DNA from: an uncultured bacterium
GTDB taxonomy: Bacteria > Desulfobacterota > Deferrimicrobia > Deferrimicrobiales > Deferrimicrobiaceae
Assembly (NCBI GenBank): GCA_963829245.1
Contig: CAWHIM010000037.1
Coordinates: forward strand, 211,862-275,861
Direction of reading: 5' to 3'
Length of the DNA: 64,000 bases
Of the stretch, positions 1-8,776 are shown piece after piece. The translations under genes were made by a program, and so were the position numbers. Each line of letters begins with the position of its first letter. Position 1 is the stretch's first letter. The notes beneath the pieces were generated by a model, which saw nothing but the letters and a program-made list of their open reading frames with translations, did not search any database and was not told where the DNA came from.

Positions 1-108
1 GTGGCGGACCACGCGTTCATCCTCGCCGACGGGCGGACGGTAGGCAAAGGCACCGGGGCGGAGCTTCTGGCCAACCCCGAGGTCCGCAAAGCCTACCTGA
101 GCGTCTGA
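1..108 (+). CDS. 3' end of a LivF-like ABC transporter ATP-binding protein (cut by window edge)
   Basis: Frame 1 reads VADHAFILADGRTVGKGTGAELLANPEVRKAYLSV-stop (TGA 106-108). The ...ELL.NPEVR.AYL tail is typical of LivF-type ATPases. Confidence 0.6.
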   Translation: MADHAFILADGRTVGKGTGAELLANPEVRKAYLSV

Positions 109-141
109 CGGGGTAAACATTGCCTGGGGAGGAGAAAGCTT

Positions 142-846
142 ATGGAATGCTTTAATTGCGCAAAATGCCCGAGCAACGACAAGGCATGCCGTTCCCCGGC
201 GGGGAAAGGGCCGGGATGGTGCCCTACGACGACGGAGCCGGAGGTCGTCGCCGCCAGCATGGAGAACTACCAGGAGCCGGACGTGATGGAATTTGCGCGC
301 TCCGCATCGATCCAGGAAGCCGAATGCTATGCCGGCAGGGAGGAGCGGCCCTACGTCCTCCACCCCGTCAAGCCCCGGCTGGAGGAGTTGATCGAATTTT
401 CGCGAAGGATGGGGTACAAGCGTCTCGGGATGGCGTTCTGCGCGGGGCTCGCGCACGAAGCCGCGGTCCTCGCGGGGATCCTTGAGGCGCAGGGGTTCGA
501 GATGGTCTCGGTGATCTGCAAGGCCGGCGGGGTGCCGAAGGAGGAGATCGGGATCCGGGACGAAGAGAAGATCCGGATCGGAGAGTTCGAGTCGATGTGC
601 AACCCCATCGCCCAGGCCTTATTCCTGAACCGCGCCAAGACCGATTTCAACATCATGCTGGGGCTGTGCATCGGCCACGACTCGCTCTTCCTCCGCAATA
701 TCGAGGGACTGACGACGGTCTTCGCGGTCAAGGACCGGGTGACGGGGCACAACCCGCTGGCGGCCCTCTACACGTCCAGGTCGTATTATCAAAGGCTGGC
801 GAAGCCGCGTCCAGGGGGTCCCGCGCCCAGGGAAGAAGGCAAGTAG
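142..846 (+). CDS. DUF1847-like Cys-rich metal-binding protein
   Basis: 234-aa ORF. N-terminal CxxC/C cluster (MECFNCAKCPSNDKAC), then AFCAGLAHEA and MLGLCIGHDSLF motifs that I associate with the DUF1847 family. Confidence 0.6.
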   Translation: MECFNCAKCPSNDKACRSPAGKGPGWCPTTTEPEVVAASMENYQEPDVMEFARSASIQEAECYAGREERPYVLHPVKPRLEELIEFSRRMGYKRLGMAFCAGLAHEAAVLAGILEAQGFEMVSVICKAGGVPKEEIGIRDEEKIRIGEFESMCNPIAQALFLNRAKTDFNIMLGLCIGHDSLFLRNIEGLTTVFAVKDRVTGHNPLAALYTSRSYYQRLAKPRPGGPAPREEGK

Positions 847-894
847 AGGCATCTTGGTTCGCGGCGGCAACCGGCAAGCACCGAAGGTGGACCA

Positions 895-2112
895 GTGGGA
901 ATCTCCCTGAAGACGGCAGCGGAGAAAACGGGATCCGGCGTCGTCTTTCCACTGGCCGTTACGCTTGCGGTCCAGGTACTGATTGCGATGGCCTCGATCA
1001 CGGTTCCCGTCCTCGCGCCCGTGGCATCCGCGGATACGGGGATTCCCCTCGCATACCTCGGGGTCTTCATGTCGTTCTTCTACGTAGGAGGCATGGTATC
1101 CACCCTCGTCAGCGGCGATTTCATCCTGAGGTACGGACCCATCCGGATCAGCCAGTGCTGCCTGGTCCTCTGCTGCCTCGGGTTGGCCGCGACGGCGGCG
1201 GGATCCGTCCCGCTCATGATCCTCGGCGCATTGCTGATCGGGGCCGGGTACGGGCCGGTGACGCCCGCGAGTTCCCATATACTGGCCCGGACCGCTCCGC
1301 CCGGCCGCTTGTCCCTTACGTTCTCCCTGAAGCAGACCGGCGTTCCGCTGGGGGGAGCGATGGCCGGGGCCCTTGTTCCTCCCCTGGTCCTGTTCTACGG
1401 CTGGAAGGGGGCGGCGATCGCCGTCGGCGCGGTCTGCGTCCTCCTGGCGTTCCTCTCAGAGCTGTCCCGGGCGAGCCTCGACATCGACCGGGAAAAGGGC
1501 CGGCCGATAAGTTTCAAGGGGGTTACGGGCCCGCTGAAAATGGTGCTCTCCCTTCCTCCGCTCCGGGAACTGGCCATGACGTCGTTTTTTTTCGCTTCCA
1601 TGCAGTTCTGCCTGAGCACCTACCTTGTGTCCTTCCTGACGACGAGCCTGGGTATTCCGCTGGTCCGCGCGGGGCTGGCGTTGACCGTCGCCCTGGGCGC
1701 GGGAGTCGTTGGACGCATCGTCTGGGGCGGCATCGCGGATCGGTTGATCATTCCGCGCCGGATGCTCGGGACGCTGGGCCTCGTCATGTCTCTATCGGCG
1801 GCGACGACCTGCTTCATCTCCCTTTCCTGGCCGTACGCCGCCATCGTCATCCTCGGGGCCCTGTTCGGCGCCTCCGCCGTCGGCTGGAACGGCGTGTACC
1901 TTGCCCAGGTCGCCCGCAAGGCGCCTTCCGGCATGGCGGGCGTGGCTACGGGGGGGACCCTGTTTTTCACTTACTTCGGGGGGGTGATCGCCCCTCCGCT
2001 CTTCGGCGGGATCGCGGGCGCCGGACACCGATACTCGATTGCCTACTTCCTGTTCGCCGTTCCCGTGTTCCTGTTCAGCCTGATGCTCTTCCGCGGACGG
2101 GGAAGCCGGTGA
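895..2112 (+). CDS. MFS transporter
   Basis: 405-aa ORF with about 12 hydrophobic segments and MFS-like loops; GTG start. Confidence 0.8.
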   Translation: MGISLKTAAEKTGSGVVFPLAVTLAVQVLIAMASITVPVLAPVASADTGIPLAYLGVFMSFFYVGGMVSTLVSGDFILRYGPIRISQCCLVLCCLGLAATAAGSVPLMILGALLIGAGYGPVTPASSHILARTAPPGRLSLTFSLKQTGVPLGGAMAGALVPPLVLFYGWKGAAIAVGAVCVLLAFLSELSRASLDIDREKGRPISFKGVTGPLKMVLSLPPLRELAMTSFFFASMQFCLSTYLVSFLTTSLGIPLVRAGLALTVALGAGVVGRIVWGGIADRLIIPRRMLGTLGLVMSLSAATTCFISLSWPYAAIVILGALFGASAVGWNGVYLAQVARKAPSGMAGVATGGTLFFTYFGGVIAPPLFGGIAGAGHRYSIAYFLFAVPVFLFSLMLFRGRGSR

Positions 2113-2166
2113 CCCCCCCATGACGTTCCCGGATCCTGCCCGCGGTTTTCGAAGGAGGGCTTTCGA

Positions 2167-2994
2167 ATGACCGAACGGTCCTTGCTGTTCGTACCCGGCA
2201 TCCGGCCCGACCGGTTCGACAAGGCATGGAACTCCGGGGCCGATGGAGTGATCCTCGATCTGGAGGATGCCGTTCCCGCCGACCGGAAGGCGGCGGCCCG
2301 TCAGGCCGTTATGTCGTGGATGTCGCCGAACCGGCCGGTGTTCGTCAGGATCAACGGCGCGGGAACCGACGAGTTCGGCGACGACGTGGCCGCCATCGCG
2401 CGCCCCGGCCTTGCCGGCGTGCTGCTGCCGAAGGCGGAAAGGGTCGAGGAGATCGTGGCGCTTTCCGGCACACTGGCGGGGACGGCCCGTATCATCCCCA
2501 TCGTGGAAACGGCCGCCGGATTGTGGAACGTCATGGCGATCGCCTCGGCCCCCCGGGTCCATCGGCTCGCCTTCGGGTCCCTGGATTTCCAGCTCGACGT
2601 GGGGATCGAGGGCGAGGACATCGAACTGCTGTACGCCCGGTCGCGGATCGTCCTTGCGTCGCGGGCCGCCGGTATCTATCGCCCTCTGGACGGGGTGACC
2701 ACCTCGATGGAGGACGATGCCCGGCTTGCGGCCGACGTGCACCGTGCGCGGCGCCTCGGGTTCGGCGGGAAGCTCTGCATCCATCCCCGGCAGGTCAAGG
2801 CGGTCAACGAGGGGTTTCAGCCGACCGTGGGAGAGGTCTCATGGGCCAGGGGGGTTGTGGAGGCATGCGATGCGAGTGCGGGCGAGGCGGTGAGGTTCGA
2901 GGGCAGCATGGTCGATCGCCCCGTGCTCGAACGCGCGAGAAGGATCCTGGAACAGGCATCCCGGGGCGGTACAGATCCCGCAAAGCGGACGTGA
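2167..2994 (+). CDS. HpcH/HpaI aldolase / CitE-like acyl-CoA lyase (citramalyl- or malyl-CoA lyase type)
   Basis: 275 aa. LLFVPGIRPDRFDKAWNSGADGVILDLEDAV and IPIVETAAG motifs are typical of citrate lyase beta / CitE-like lyases. Confidence 0.85.
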   Translation: MTERSLLFVPGIRPDRFDKAWNSGADGVILDLEDAVPADRKAAARQAVMSWMSPNRPVFVRINGAGTDEFGDDVAAIARPGLAGVLLPKAERVEEIVALSGTLAGTARIIPIVETAAGLWNVMAIASAPRVHRLAFGSLDFQLDVGIEGEDIELLYARSRIVLASRAAGIYRPLDGVTTSMEDDARLAADVHRARRLGFGGKLCIHPRQVKAVNEGFQPTVGEVSWARGVVEACDASAGEAVRFEGSMVDRPVLERARRILEQASRGGTDPAKRT

Positions 2995-3052
2995 TATCCC
3001 CCTTGGCCTCCCGTCAGGCGGAGGGACCAACCGGAACGAGGAGAGCGTCGAG

Positions 3053-4210
3053 ATGACCTTCAAGGAGAGTTACGAGGAGATACGACACGCCGTGCACGAT
3101 CTGTGCAGCCGGTTCCCGGATGCCTACTGGCGCAAGGTCGATGATTCCCGCGGGTACCCGGAAGAGTTCGTCAAGGCGCTTACGGACGCCGGGTGGCTTG
3201 CGGCCCTGATTCCCGAGGAGTACGGCGGTTCGGGACTGGGGGTGACCGAGGCTTCCGTCATCCTGGAGGAGGTGAACCGCTCGGGTGGCAATTCCGGGGC
3301 CTGCCATGCGCAGATGTACATCATGGGCACCCTGCTTCGGCACGGGTCGGAGGAGCAGAAGCGGGCCTACCTCCCGAAGATCGCATCCGGGGAACTGAGG
3401 CTCCAATCCTTCGGCGTCACCGAGCCGAACACCGGCACCGACACCACCAGCCTGAAGACCACCGCGGTGCGCAGGGGAGACCGGTACGTGGTGAACGGGC
3501 AGAAGGTTTTCATCTCCCGGGTGCAGCATTCCGACCTGATGACCCTCCTGGTCCGCACCACCCCGCAAAGCCAGGTGAAAAAGAAATCGGACGGGATGTC
3601 GGTTCTCCTTGTGGACCTGCGGGAGGCGATCGGTCACGGCATCACGGTCCGGCCCATCCAGACCATGATGAACCATGAGACCAACGAGCTGTTCATCGAC
3701 GACCTGGAGGTGCCCGTCGACAACCTGATCGGCGAGGAGGGGAAAGGGTTCCGGTATATCCTCGACGGGATGAACGCGGAGCGCATCTTGATCGCGGCGG
3801 AGTGCGTCGGCGACGGGTACTGGTTCGTGGACCGGGCCACCGCCTACGCGAAAGACAGGGTGGTCTTCGGCCGCCCGATCGGCCAGAACCAGGGGGTCCA
3901 GTTCCCCATCGCACGCGCTTACGTGAACATCGAAGCGGCGAACCTGATGCGGTTCCACGCGGCGGAGTTGTTCGATCACGGGAAACCGTGCGGCGCCGAG
4001 GCGAACATGTCCAAGCTCCTGGCGGCCGACGCCTCTTGGGAGGCGGCCAACGCGGCGATCCAGACCCACGGCGGATTCGGGTTCGCCTCCGAATACGACG
4101 TCGAGCGGAAATTCCGGGAGACGCGGCTGTACCAGGTGGCTCCCATCTCCACCAACCTGATCCTCTCCTACGTCGCCGAGCACGTCCTCGGACTTCCGAG
4201 ATCCTACTGA
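3053..4210 (+). CDS. acyl-CoA dehydrogenase
   Basis: 385 aa. GVTEPNTGTDTTSLKTTA, AAECVG and QTHGGFGFASEYDVERKFRETRLYQVAP are classic ACAD signatures. Confidence 0.9.
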   Translation: MTFKESYEEIRHAVHDLCSRFPDAYWRKVDDSRGYPEEFVKALTDAGWLAALIPEEYGGSGLGVTEASVILEEVNRSGGNSGACHAQMYIMGTLLRHGSEEQKRAYLPKIASGELRLQSFGVTEPNTGTDTTSLKTTAVRRGDRYVVNGQKVFISRVQHSDLMTLLVRTTPQSQVKKKSDGMSVLLVDLREAIGHGITVRPIQTMMNHETNELFIDDLEVPVDNLIGEEGKGFRYILDGMNAERILIAAECVGDGYWFVDRATAYAKDRVVFGRPIGQNQGVQFPIARAYVNIEAANLMRFHAAELFDHGKPCGAEANMSKLLAADASWEAANAAIQTHGGFGFASEYDVERKFRETRLYQVAPISTNLILSYVAEHVLGLPRSY

Positions 4211-5388
4211 TGCTGCCGCTTTCCGGAATCACGGTCGTCGCCCTGGAGCACGCCGTCGCCGCCCCGTTCGCGACGCGCCAGCTGGCCGACCTCGGCGCAA
4301 GGGTCATCAAGGTGGAGCGTCCTCTCGCCGGGGATTTCGCCCGCTCCTACGACGGGACCGCGCGCGGGATGTCCTCCCACTTCGTCTGGCTCAACCGCTC
4401 GAAGGAGAGCATGACGCTCGACCTGAAAGCTCCACAGGCCCGCGATGTCATGGCCCGTCTCGTCGACCGGGCGGATGTATTCGTGCAGAACCTGGCCCCG
4501 GGAGCCGCGGAGCGCCTCGGGCTTTCCGCGGATCGGTTGCGAAAGGACCACCCGCGGCTGATCGTGTGCGATATCTCCGGCTACGGGCCCGACGGTCCGT
4601 ATTGCGAAAAGAAGGCGTACGATCTCCTGATCCAGAGCGAGGCCGGGCTGCTCTCCATCACCGGGACGGAGGAGGTCCCCTCGAAAGCGGGCATTTCCAT
4701 CGCCGACATCGGCGCCGGGATGTACGCCTTCACTGGGGTCCTGACGGAGCTCTTCCGGAGGGAGAAGACCGGCGAGGGAGGGCACGTCGAGGTTTCCATG
4801 TTCGAAGCCTTGGGGGAGTGGATGGGGTACCCGCTGTACTATTTCGGCTTCGGAGGCTCGCCCCCGCACCGTACGGGAGCACGGCACGCCACTATTGCCC
4901 CATACGGTCCCTTCGAAGCGGGCGACGGCGGGACCGTGATGGTCGGCCTCCAGAACGAACGCGAATGGGCCGCCTTCTGCGAGCAGGTTCTGATGAGGCC
5001 GGAACTGGTTTGCGACCCGCGTTTCGACACCAACCCGAGGCGGGTGGCGAACCGGGAACCCCTGGAAGAGGCGATCCGCGAAATCTTCGACGGGATGACG
5101 GCCGGGGAGGTTGCGTCCCGCCTGGACCGGGCGCAGATCGCCAACGCCCGGATGAACTCCATGGAGGATGTTTGGCGGCATCCGCAGTTTACGTCGCGCC
5201 GCCGCTGGCGGGAGGTCGACTCTCCTGTCGGGATGCTCCCGATGCTCCTCCCCCCGTGCAACCACGGAGGGTTTGAGGCCCGCATGGACCCGATCCCCGC
5301 CCTCGGGGAACACACGGAGAAGGTCCTCGCGGAGCTCGGTTTCCCCGAAGATGCGGTGCAACGGTTACGCGCGGACGGGGTTGTCTGA
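4210..5388 (+). CDS. family III CoA-transferase (CaiB/BaiF type)
   Basis: ATG at 4210 overlaps the upstream stop (ATGA). MLPLSGITVVALEHAVAAPFATRQLADLGARVIKVERP... and DLLIQSEAGL match family III CoA-transferases. The track ORF begins further upstream, but that stretch lies inside the ACAD gene. Confidence 0.9.
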   Translation: MLPLSGITVVALEHAVAAPFATRQLADLGARVIKVERPLAGDFARSYDGTARGMSSHFVWLNRSKESMTLDLKAPQARDVMARLVDRADVFVQNLAPGAAERLGLSADRLRKDHPRLIVCDISGYGPDGPYCEKKAYDLLIQSEAGLLSITGTEEVPSKAGISIADIGAGMYAFTGVLTELFRREKTGEGGHVEVSMFEALGEWMGYPLYYFGFGGSPPHRTGARHATIAPYGPFEAGDGGTVMVGLQNEREWAAFCEQVLMRPELVCDPRFDTNPRRVANREPLEEAIREIFDGMTAGEVASRLDRAQIANARMNSMEDVWRHPQFTSRRRWREVDSPVGMLPMLLPPCNHGGFEARMDPIPALGEHTEKVLAELGFPEDAVQRLRADGVV

Positions 5389-5453
5389 CGCGCATGCGCC
5401 CGGCGAAGCGAAGGAACGGAACGAGTACGGAAACCAACAGGAGGGACGTTGTC

Positions 5454-5960
5454 ATGGCCACCAAGGAAGGATGGAAGGGACGCTTTTACGAGGACTTCGA
5501 AGTCGGCGACGTGTACCAGCACCCGCTCGGGCGCACGGTGACCACCACCGACAACATCTGGTTCACCCTGCTGACGCAGAACACGGCGCCGATCCATTTC
5601 GATCACCATTACGCGGCGCAGACCGAATTCGGCAAGCCGCTGGTGGACTCCACGTTCACGCTGGCCCTCGTCACCGGGCAGAGCGTCACCGACATCTCGC
5701 AGAACGTGATGGCCAACCTCGGCTGGGACACCGTCGTGCTTCCCCTTCCGGTGTTCGAGGGCGACACGATCTACTCCCAGTCCGAAGTGCTGGAGAAGAG
5801 GGAGTCCAAGTCCCGCCCGAACGTGGGGATCGTGAAGGTGAAGACCCTCGGCTACAACCAGGACGGCAAGGTGGTGATCAGCTTTACCCGGACGGTCATG
5901 GTCTACCGGAAGGGGCACGCTCCCAAGATCGGCCGGCTGGCGCCGGAGCAGGCGAAGTGA
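5454..5960 (+). CDS. MaoC-like (R)-specific enoyl-CoA hydratase (itaconyl/mesaconyl-CoA hydratase type)
   Basis: ATG 5454 is preceded by AGGAGG. FYEDFEVGDVYQHPLGRTVTTTDNIWFTLLTQNTAPIHFD is a hot-dog/MaoC dehydratase signature. Confidence 0.85.
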   Translation: MATKEGWKGRFYEDFEVGDVYQHPLGRTVTTTDNIWFTLLTQNTAPIHFDHHYAAQTEFGKPLVDSTFTLALVTGQSVTDISQNVMANLGWDTVVLPLPVFEGDTIYSQSEVLEKRESKSRPNVGIVKVKTLGYNQDGKVVISFTRTVMVYRKGHAPKIGRLAPEQAK

Positions 5961-7345
5961 CCCCGGGGGTCGGACACCTTACCGGGACCCTCGCCGGCTT
6001 CCTCGCGGGACTCCGTTTCGAGGACCTTCCGGCCTCCGTCGTCCTGCGCACCGAGGACCTCTTCCTCGACTGGCTGGGTTGTGCCCTGGCGGGCAAGGAC
6101 GCCAGGCCGGTCCGGATCCTCGAGGGATTCGCCGCCGCCATGGGGCCCTCCGGTGGCCCTAGCGAAATCCTCGTCTCCCGGAAACGCACCTCCCCGTTCT
6201 TCGCCGCTCTCGTGAACGGCGGCGCGTCCCACGTCGCAGAGCAGGACGACGTGCACAACGGGTCGGTATTCCACCCCGGGACGGTTGTCTTCCCCGCGGT
6301 GGTGGCGATTGCCCAGCAAACCGGTGCATCGGGGAAGGAGGTCATCGCGGCGGCGGTGGCCGGTTACGAAGCCGGAATCCGCGTGGGGGAGTACCTGGGA
6401 CGATCGCACTACAAGGTATTCCACACCACGGGAACCGCGGGCACGGTCGCCGCGGCGGTGGCGGCAGCCCGCTTGCTGCGGTTGGATCCCGGGAAGATGA
6501 GGGACGCCATCGGCAACGCCGGCACCCAGGCGGCGGGGTTGTGGGAGTTCCTCCGGGATGCGGCGGACTCCAAACAGCTCCACGCGGCAAAGGCCGCCTC
6601 GGACGGGTTGTTGTCGGCCTGCCTTGCCCGCGACGGGTTCACCGGGGCGTCGCGCGTACTGGAAGGGGAGCAGGGGATGGCCGCCGGCATGTCACGGGAT
6701 GCAGATCCTGGGCGGCTGACGGACGGGCTGGGAACCCGGTGGGCGATCGCGGAAACCTCCTTCAAGTTCCACGCCTGCTGCCGGCACATCCACCCCTCCG
6801 CGGACGCCTTGCTTACGCTTGTGCGCCGGCACCGGATTTCCGCCGGGGACATCGTGCAGGTGCGCGCCCATGTCCACCAGGCGGCCCTCGACGTCCTGGG
6901 GCCGGTCACAGACCCGCAAACCGTCCACCAATCGAAATTTTCGATGGGTTTCGCCCTGGCCTTGATCGCCCTTTACGGGCGCGCGGGGCTTGGAGAGTTC
7001 ACCGAGGCGGCGTTGCGGGAGCCCTCTGTCCGGGAATTCCTCCCGAGGGTGACGATGGTGCGGGACGAGGAGATCGACCGGGCATACCCTCTCCGCTGGA
7101 AGGGGCGGGTAGAGGTCACGACTCGGGACGGACTCCGTCTCGAGGAGCGGGTCGAGGTCCCGAAGGGAGACCCGGAGAACACCCTTTCCCGCAGCGAGCT
7201 CGAGGAGAAGGCGCTGCGGCTTGCCGCGTACCGCGGGGGGGCTACGGAGAAGGAGATGCGGGGTATCGTCGCCCGTGCGTGGCGGCTGCGGGAGGAGCCG
7301 GATCTGAAGTGCATCTTCGTGCCGTCCCCGGGTGGCGTCGCCTGA
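5957..7345 (+). CDS. MmgE/PrpD family protein
   Basis: GTG 5957 overlaps the MaoC stop. About 462 aa, with LRFEDLPASVVLRTEDLFLDWLGCALAG and the SFKFHACCRH motif typical of the 2-methylcitrate dehydratase family. Confidence 0.85.
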   Translation: MTPGVGHLTGTLAGFLAGLRFEDLPASVVLRTEDLFLDWLGCALAGKDARPVRILEGFAAAMGPSGGPSEILVSRKRTSPFFAALVNGGASHVAEQDDVHNGSVFHPGTVVFPAVVAIAQQTGASGKEVIAAAVAGYEAGIRVGEYLGRSHYKVFHTTGTAGTVAAAVAAARLLRLDPGKMRDAIGNAGTQAAGLWEFLRDAADSKQLHAAKAASDGLLSACLARDGFTGASRVLEGEQGMAAGMSRDADPGRLTDGLGTRWAIAETSFKFHACCRHIHPSADALLTLVRRHRISAGDIVQVRAHVHQAALDVLGPVTDPQTVHQSKFSMGFALALIALYGRAGLGEFTEAALREPSVREFLPRVTMVRDEEIDRAYPLRWKGRVEVTTRDGLRLEERVEVPKGDPENTLSRSELEEKALRLAAYRGGATEKEMRGIVARAWRLREEPDLKCIFVPSPGGVA

Positions 7346-7401
7346 GCCGGGGGGCGCTGGCAGCGTCGGATGCCGGCTTTGGCGGGAGGCCTTGCCGCGT
7401 G

Positions 7402-8046
7402 TCAGACCCTCCGACGGTTGTCGTCCGGGAAGGTATATTCCATGTGCCGTGCGGTAGCTCGTGCGACAGCTTCACCGTGATACCGCAGGACCACCCGGAG
7501 CGCCATGTCGATCCCGGCCGAGATCCCCGCGGAGGTGAAGATTCTCCCTTCCTCGACCACGTGCAGTTTGTCCTCCACGGTCACGTCGGGGAAGGAGTCG
7601 CGCATCCATCCGAGGGATCGCCAATGGGTCGTGGCCCGGTGGCCGTCCAGCAGGCCCGCCCGACCGAGCAGCATCGCCCCGGTGCAGACGGAGGTGAGCG
7701 TCTCCGCCGACCGGCCCCGGTCGGCGATCCACCGTATGAGGTTCCCGTTGTCGATCTCCTTGCGGGTTCCCCACCCCCCGGGGACGACGAGGACGTCCAA
7801 GGGGGGGCAGGTCGAGATCGTCGCATCGGGAAGGACCCGAAGGCCCCCTGACGCCCCGACCGGTTCGTCCCTTTCGGCCACCAGCAGGACTTCGAAGGGG
7901 GAAGGCTCCTCGCGCCGGCGGTCTTCGTTCAGGCGGACGACGGAGAAGACCTCGTAAGGTCCGCAGAAGTCGAGAACTTCCACGTTCGGGAAGATCAGGA
8001 TACCTACGCGCTTGCGATGAGACACGGAAGCCGCCCCCTGGATCAT
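7402..8046 (-). CDS. DJ-1/PfpI family protein (isocyanide-hydratase / GATase1-like)
   Basis: 214 aa. VGILIFPNVEVLDFCGPYEVF and the nucleophile elbow SVCTGAMLLGRAGLLDGHRATTHW. Confidence 0.8.
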   Translation of the reverse strand: MIQGAASVSHRKRVGILIFPNVEVLDFCGPYEVFSVVRLNEDRRREEPSPFEVLLVAERDEPVGASGGLRVLPDATISTCPPLDVLVVPGGWGTRKEIDNGNLIRWIADRGRSAETLTSVCTGAMLLGRAGLLDGHRATTHWRSLGWMRDSFPDVTVEDKLHVVEEGRIFTSAGISAGIDMALRVVLRYHGEAVARATARHMEYTFPDDNRRRV

Positions 8047-8179
8047 CTCCTGCAGACCTTATCATTGTCGCATGAATGCATCGTCCCCGACATGGAGGCC
8101 GGATGCCCCGGACTGGTGCATGATTTTTTTGAAAAGCCCCAATCCTCGGCATGGAAGGTCCCCGGTCCGGGGCGCGGGG

Positions 8180-8731
8180 TCACTTCCCCAACCAGGTCGC
8201 GACCACCCGGGGAAGCGCCTCCTCGGCCCGCCCCTGGATTTCCTCCTCGGTCAGGGTGCTGAGCGGGTGCCGGATCACCACGGGATTCAACCCCTCCATG
8301 CCCAACGCGGCGCGTTGCACGTGGGCCTCGTGGAGGAACTCGGATGTCACGATCACCGCCGTGGGAACGCCAAGCGATTCCAGGCCGATACTGTCATGCA
8401 TACAGCATGACGTGCACGAACCTCAATCGCCGATCGCGGTCAGGGCGACGTCGCTCCCCGCCGCGATCCGCCGGATCAGTTCATCGTCGGCAAACCGGGA
8501 GAAGCTCTCCTTGCAGTAATAGTTGACTTCCGCAAATGCGAATTTCTGCTGGAGCAGGTCCCGGGTTCGCCGGAGGAGCTTGTTGGCGTTCCACTTCGTA
8601 TTGTCCAGGATCCCAAGCCGCAATCCGTTCAGGTCCCTCACTCGCGGCGCGACGGGCCTGGATTCCACCTCCACTACCCCCCGAGGGTCGTAGACCGGTA
8701 TGTGTTTTCCGCCTGTATTTCCCTGCTGCAT
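8180..8731 (-). CDS. UGSC-family selenoprotein (183 aa, Sec at codon 103 encoded by in-frame TGA 8425..8423)
   Basis: ORFs 8731->8423 and 8401->8180 share one frame and are separated only by TGA. Read-through gives ...DVALTAIGD-U-GSCTSCCMHDSIGLESLGVPT... A SECIS-like hairpin starts 11 nt downstream. Confidence 0.7.
8393..8411 (-). promoter_or_regulatory. putative bacterial SECIS hairpin for the UGSC gene
   Basis: On the mRNA: UGA + 11 nt spacer + GUCAUGC-UGUAU-GCAUGAC. This is a perfect 7-bp stem with a 5-nt loop containing GU. Confidence 0.5.
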
Positions 8732-8776
8732 GGGATCCTCCTTTCCGAAGCCGGATGATCGAACGATTCCAATTCT

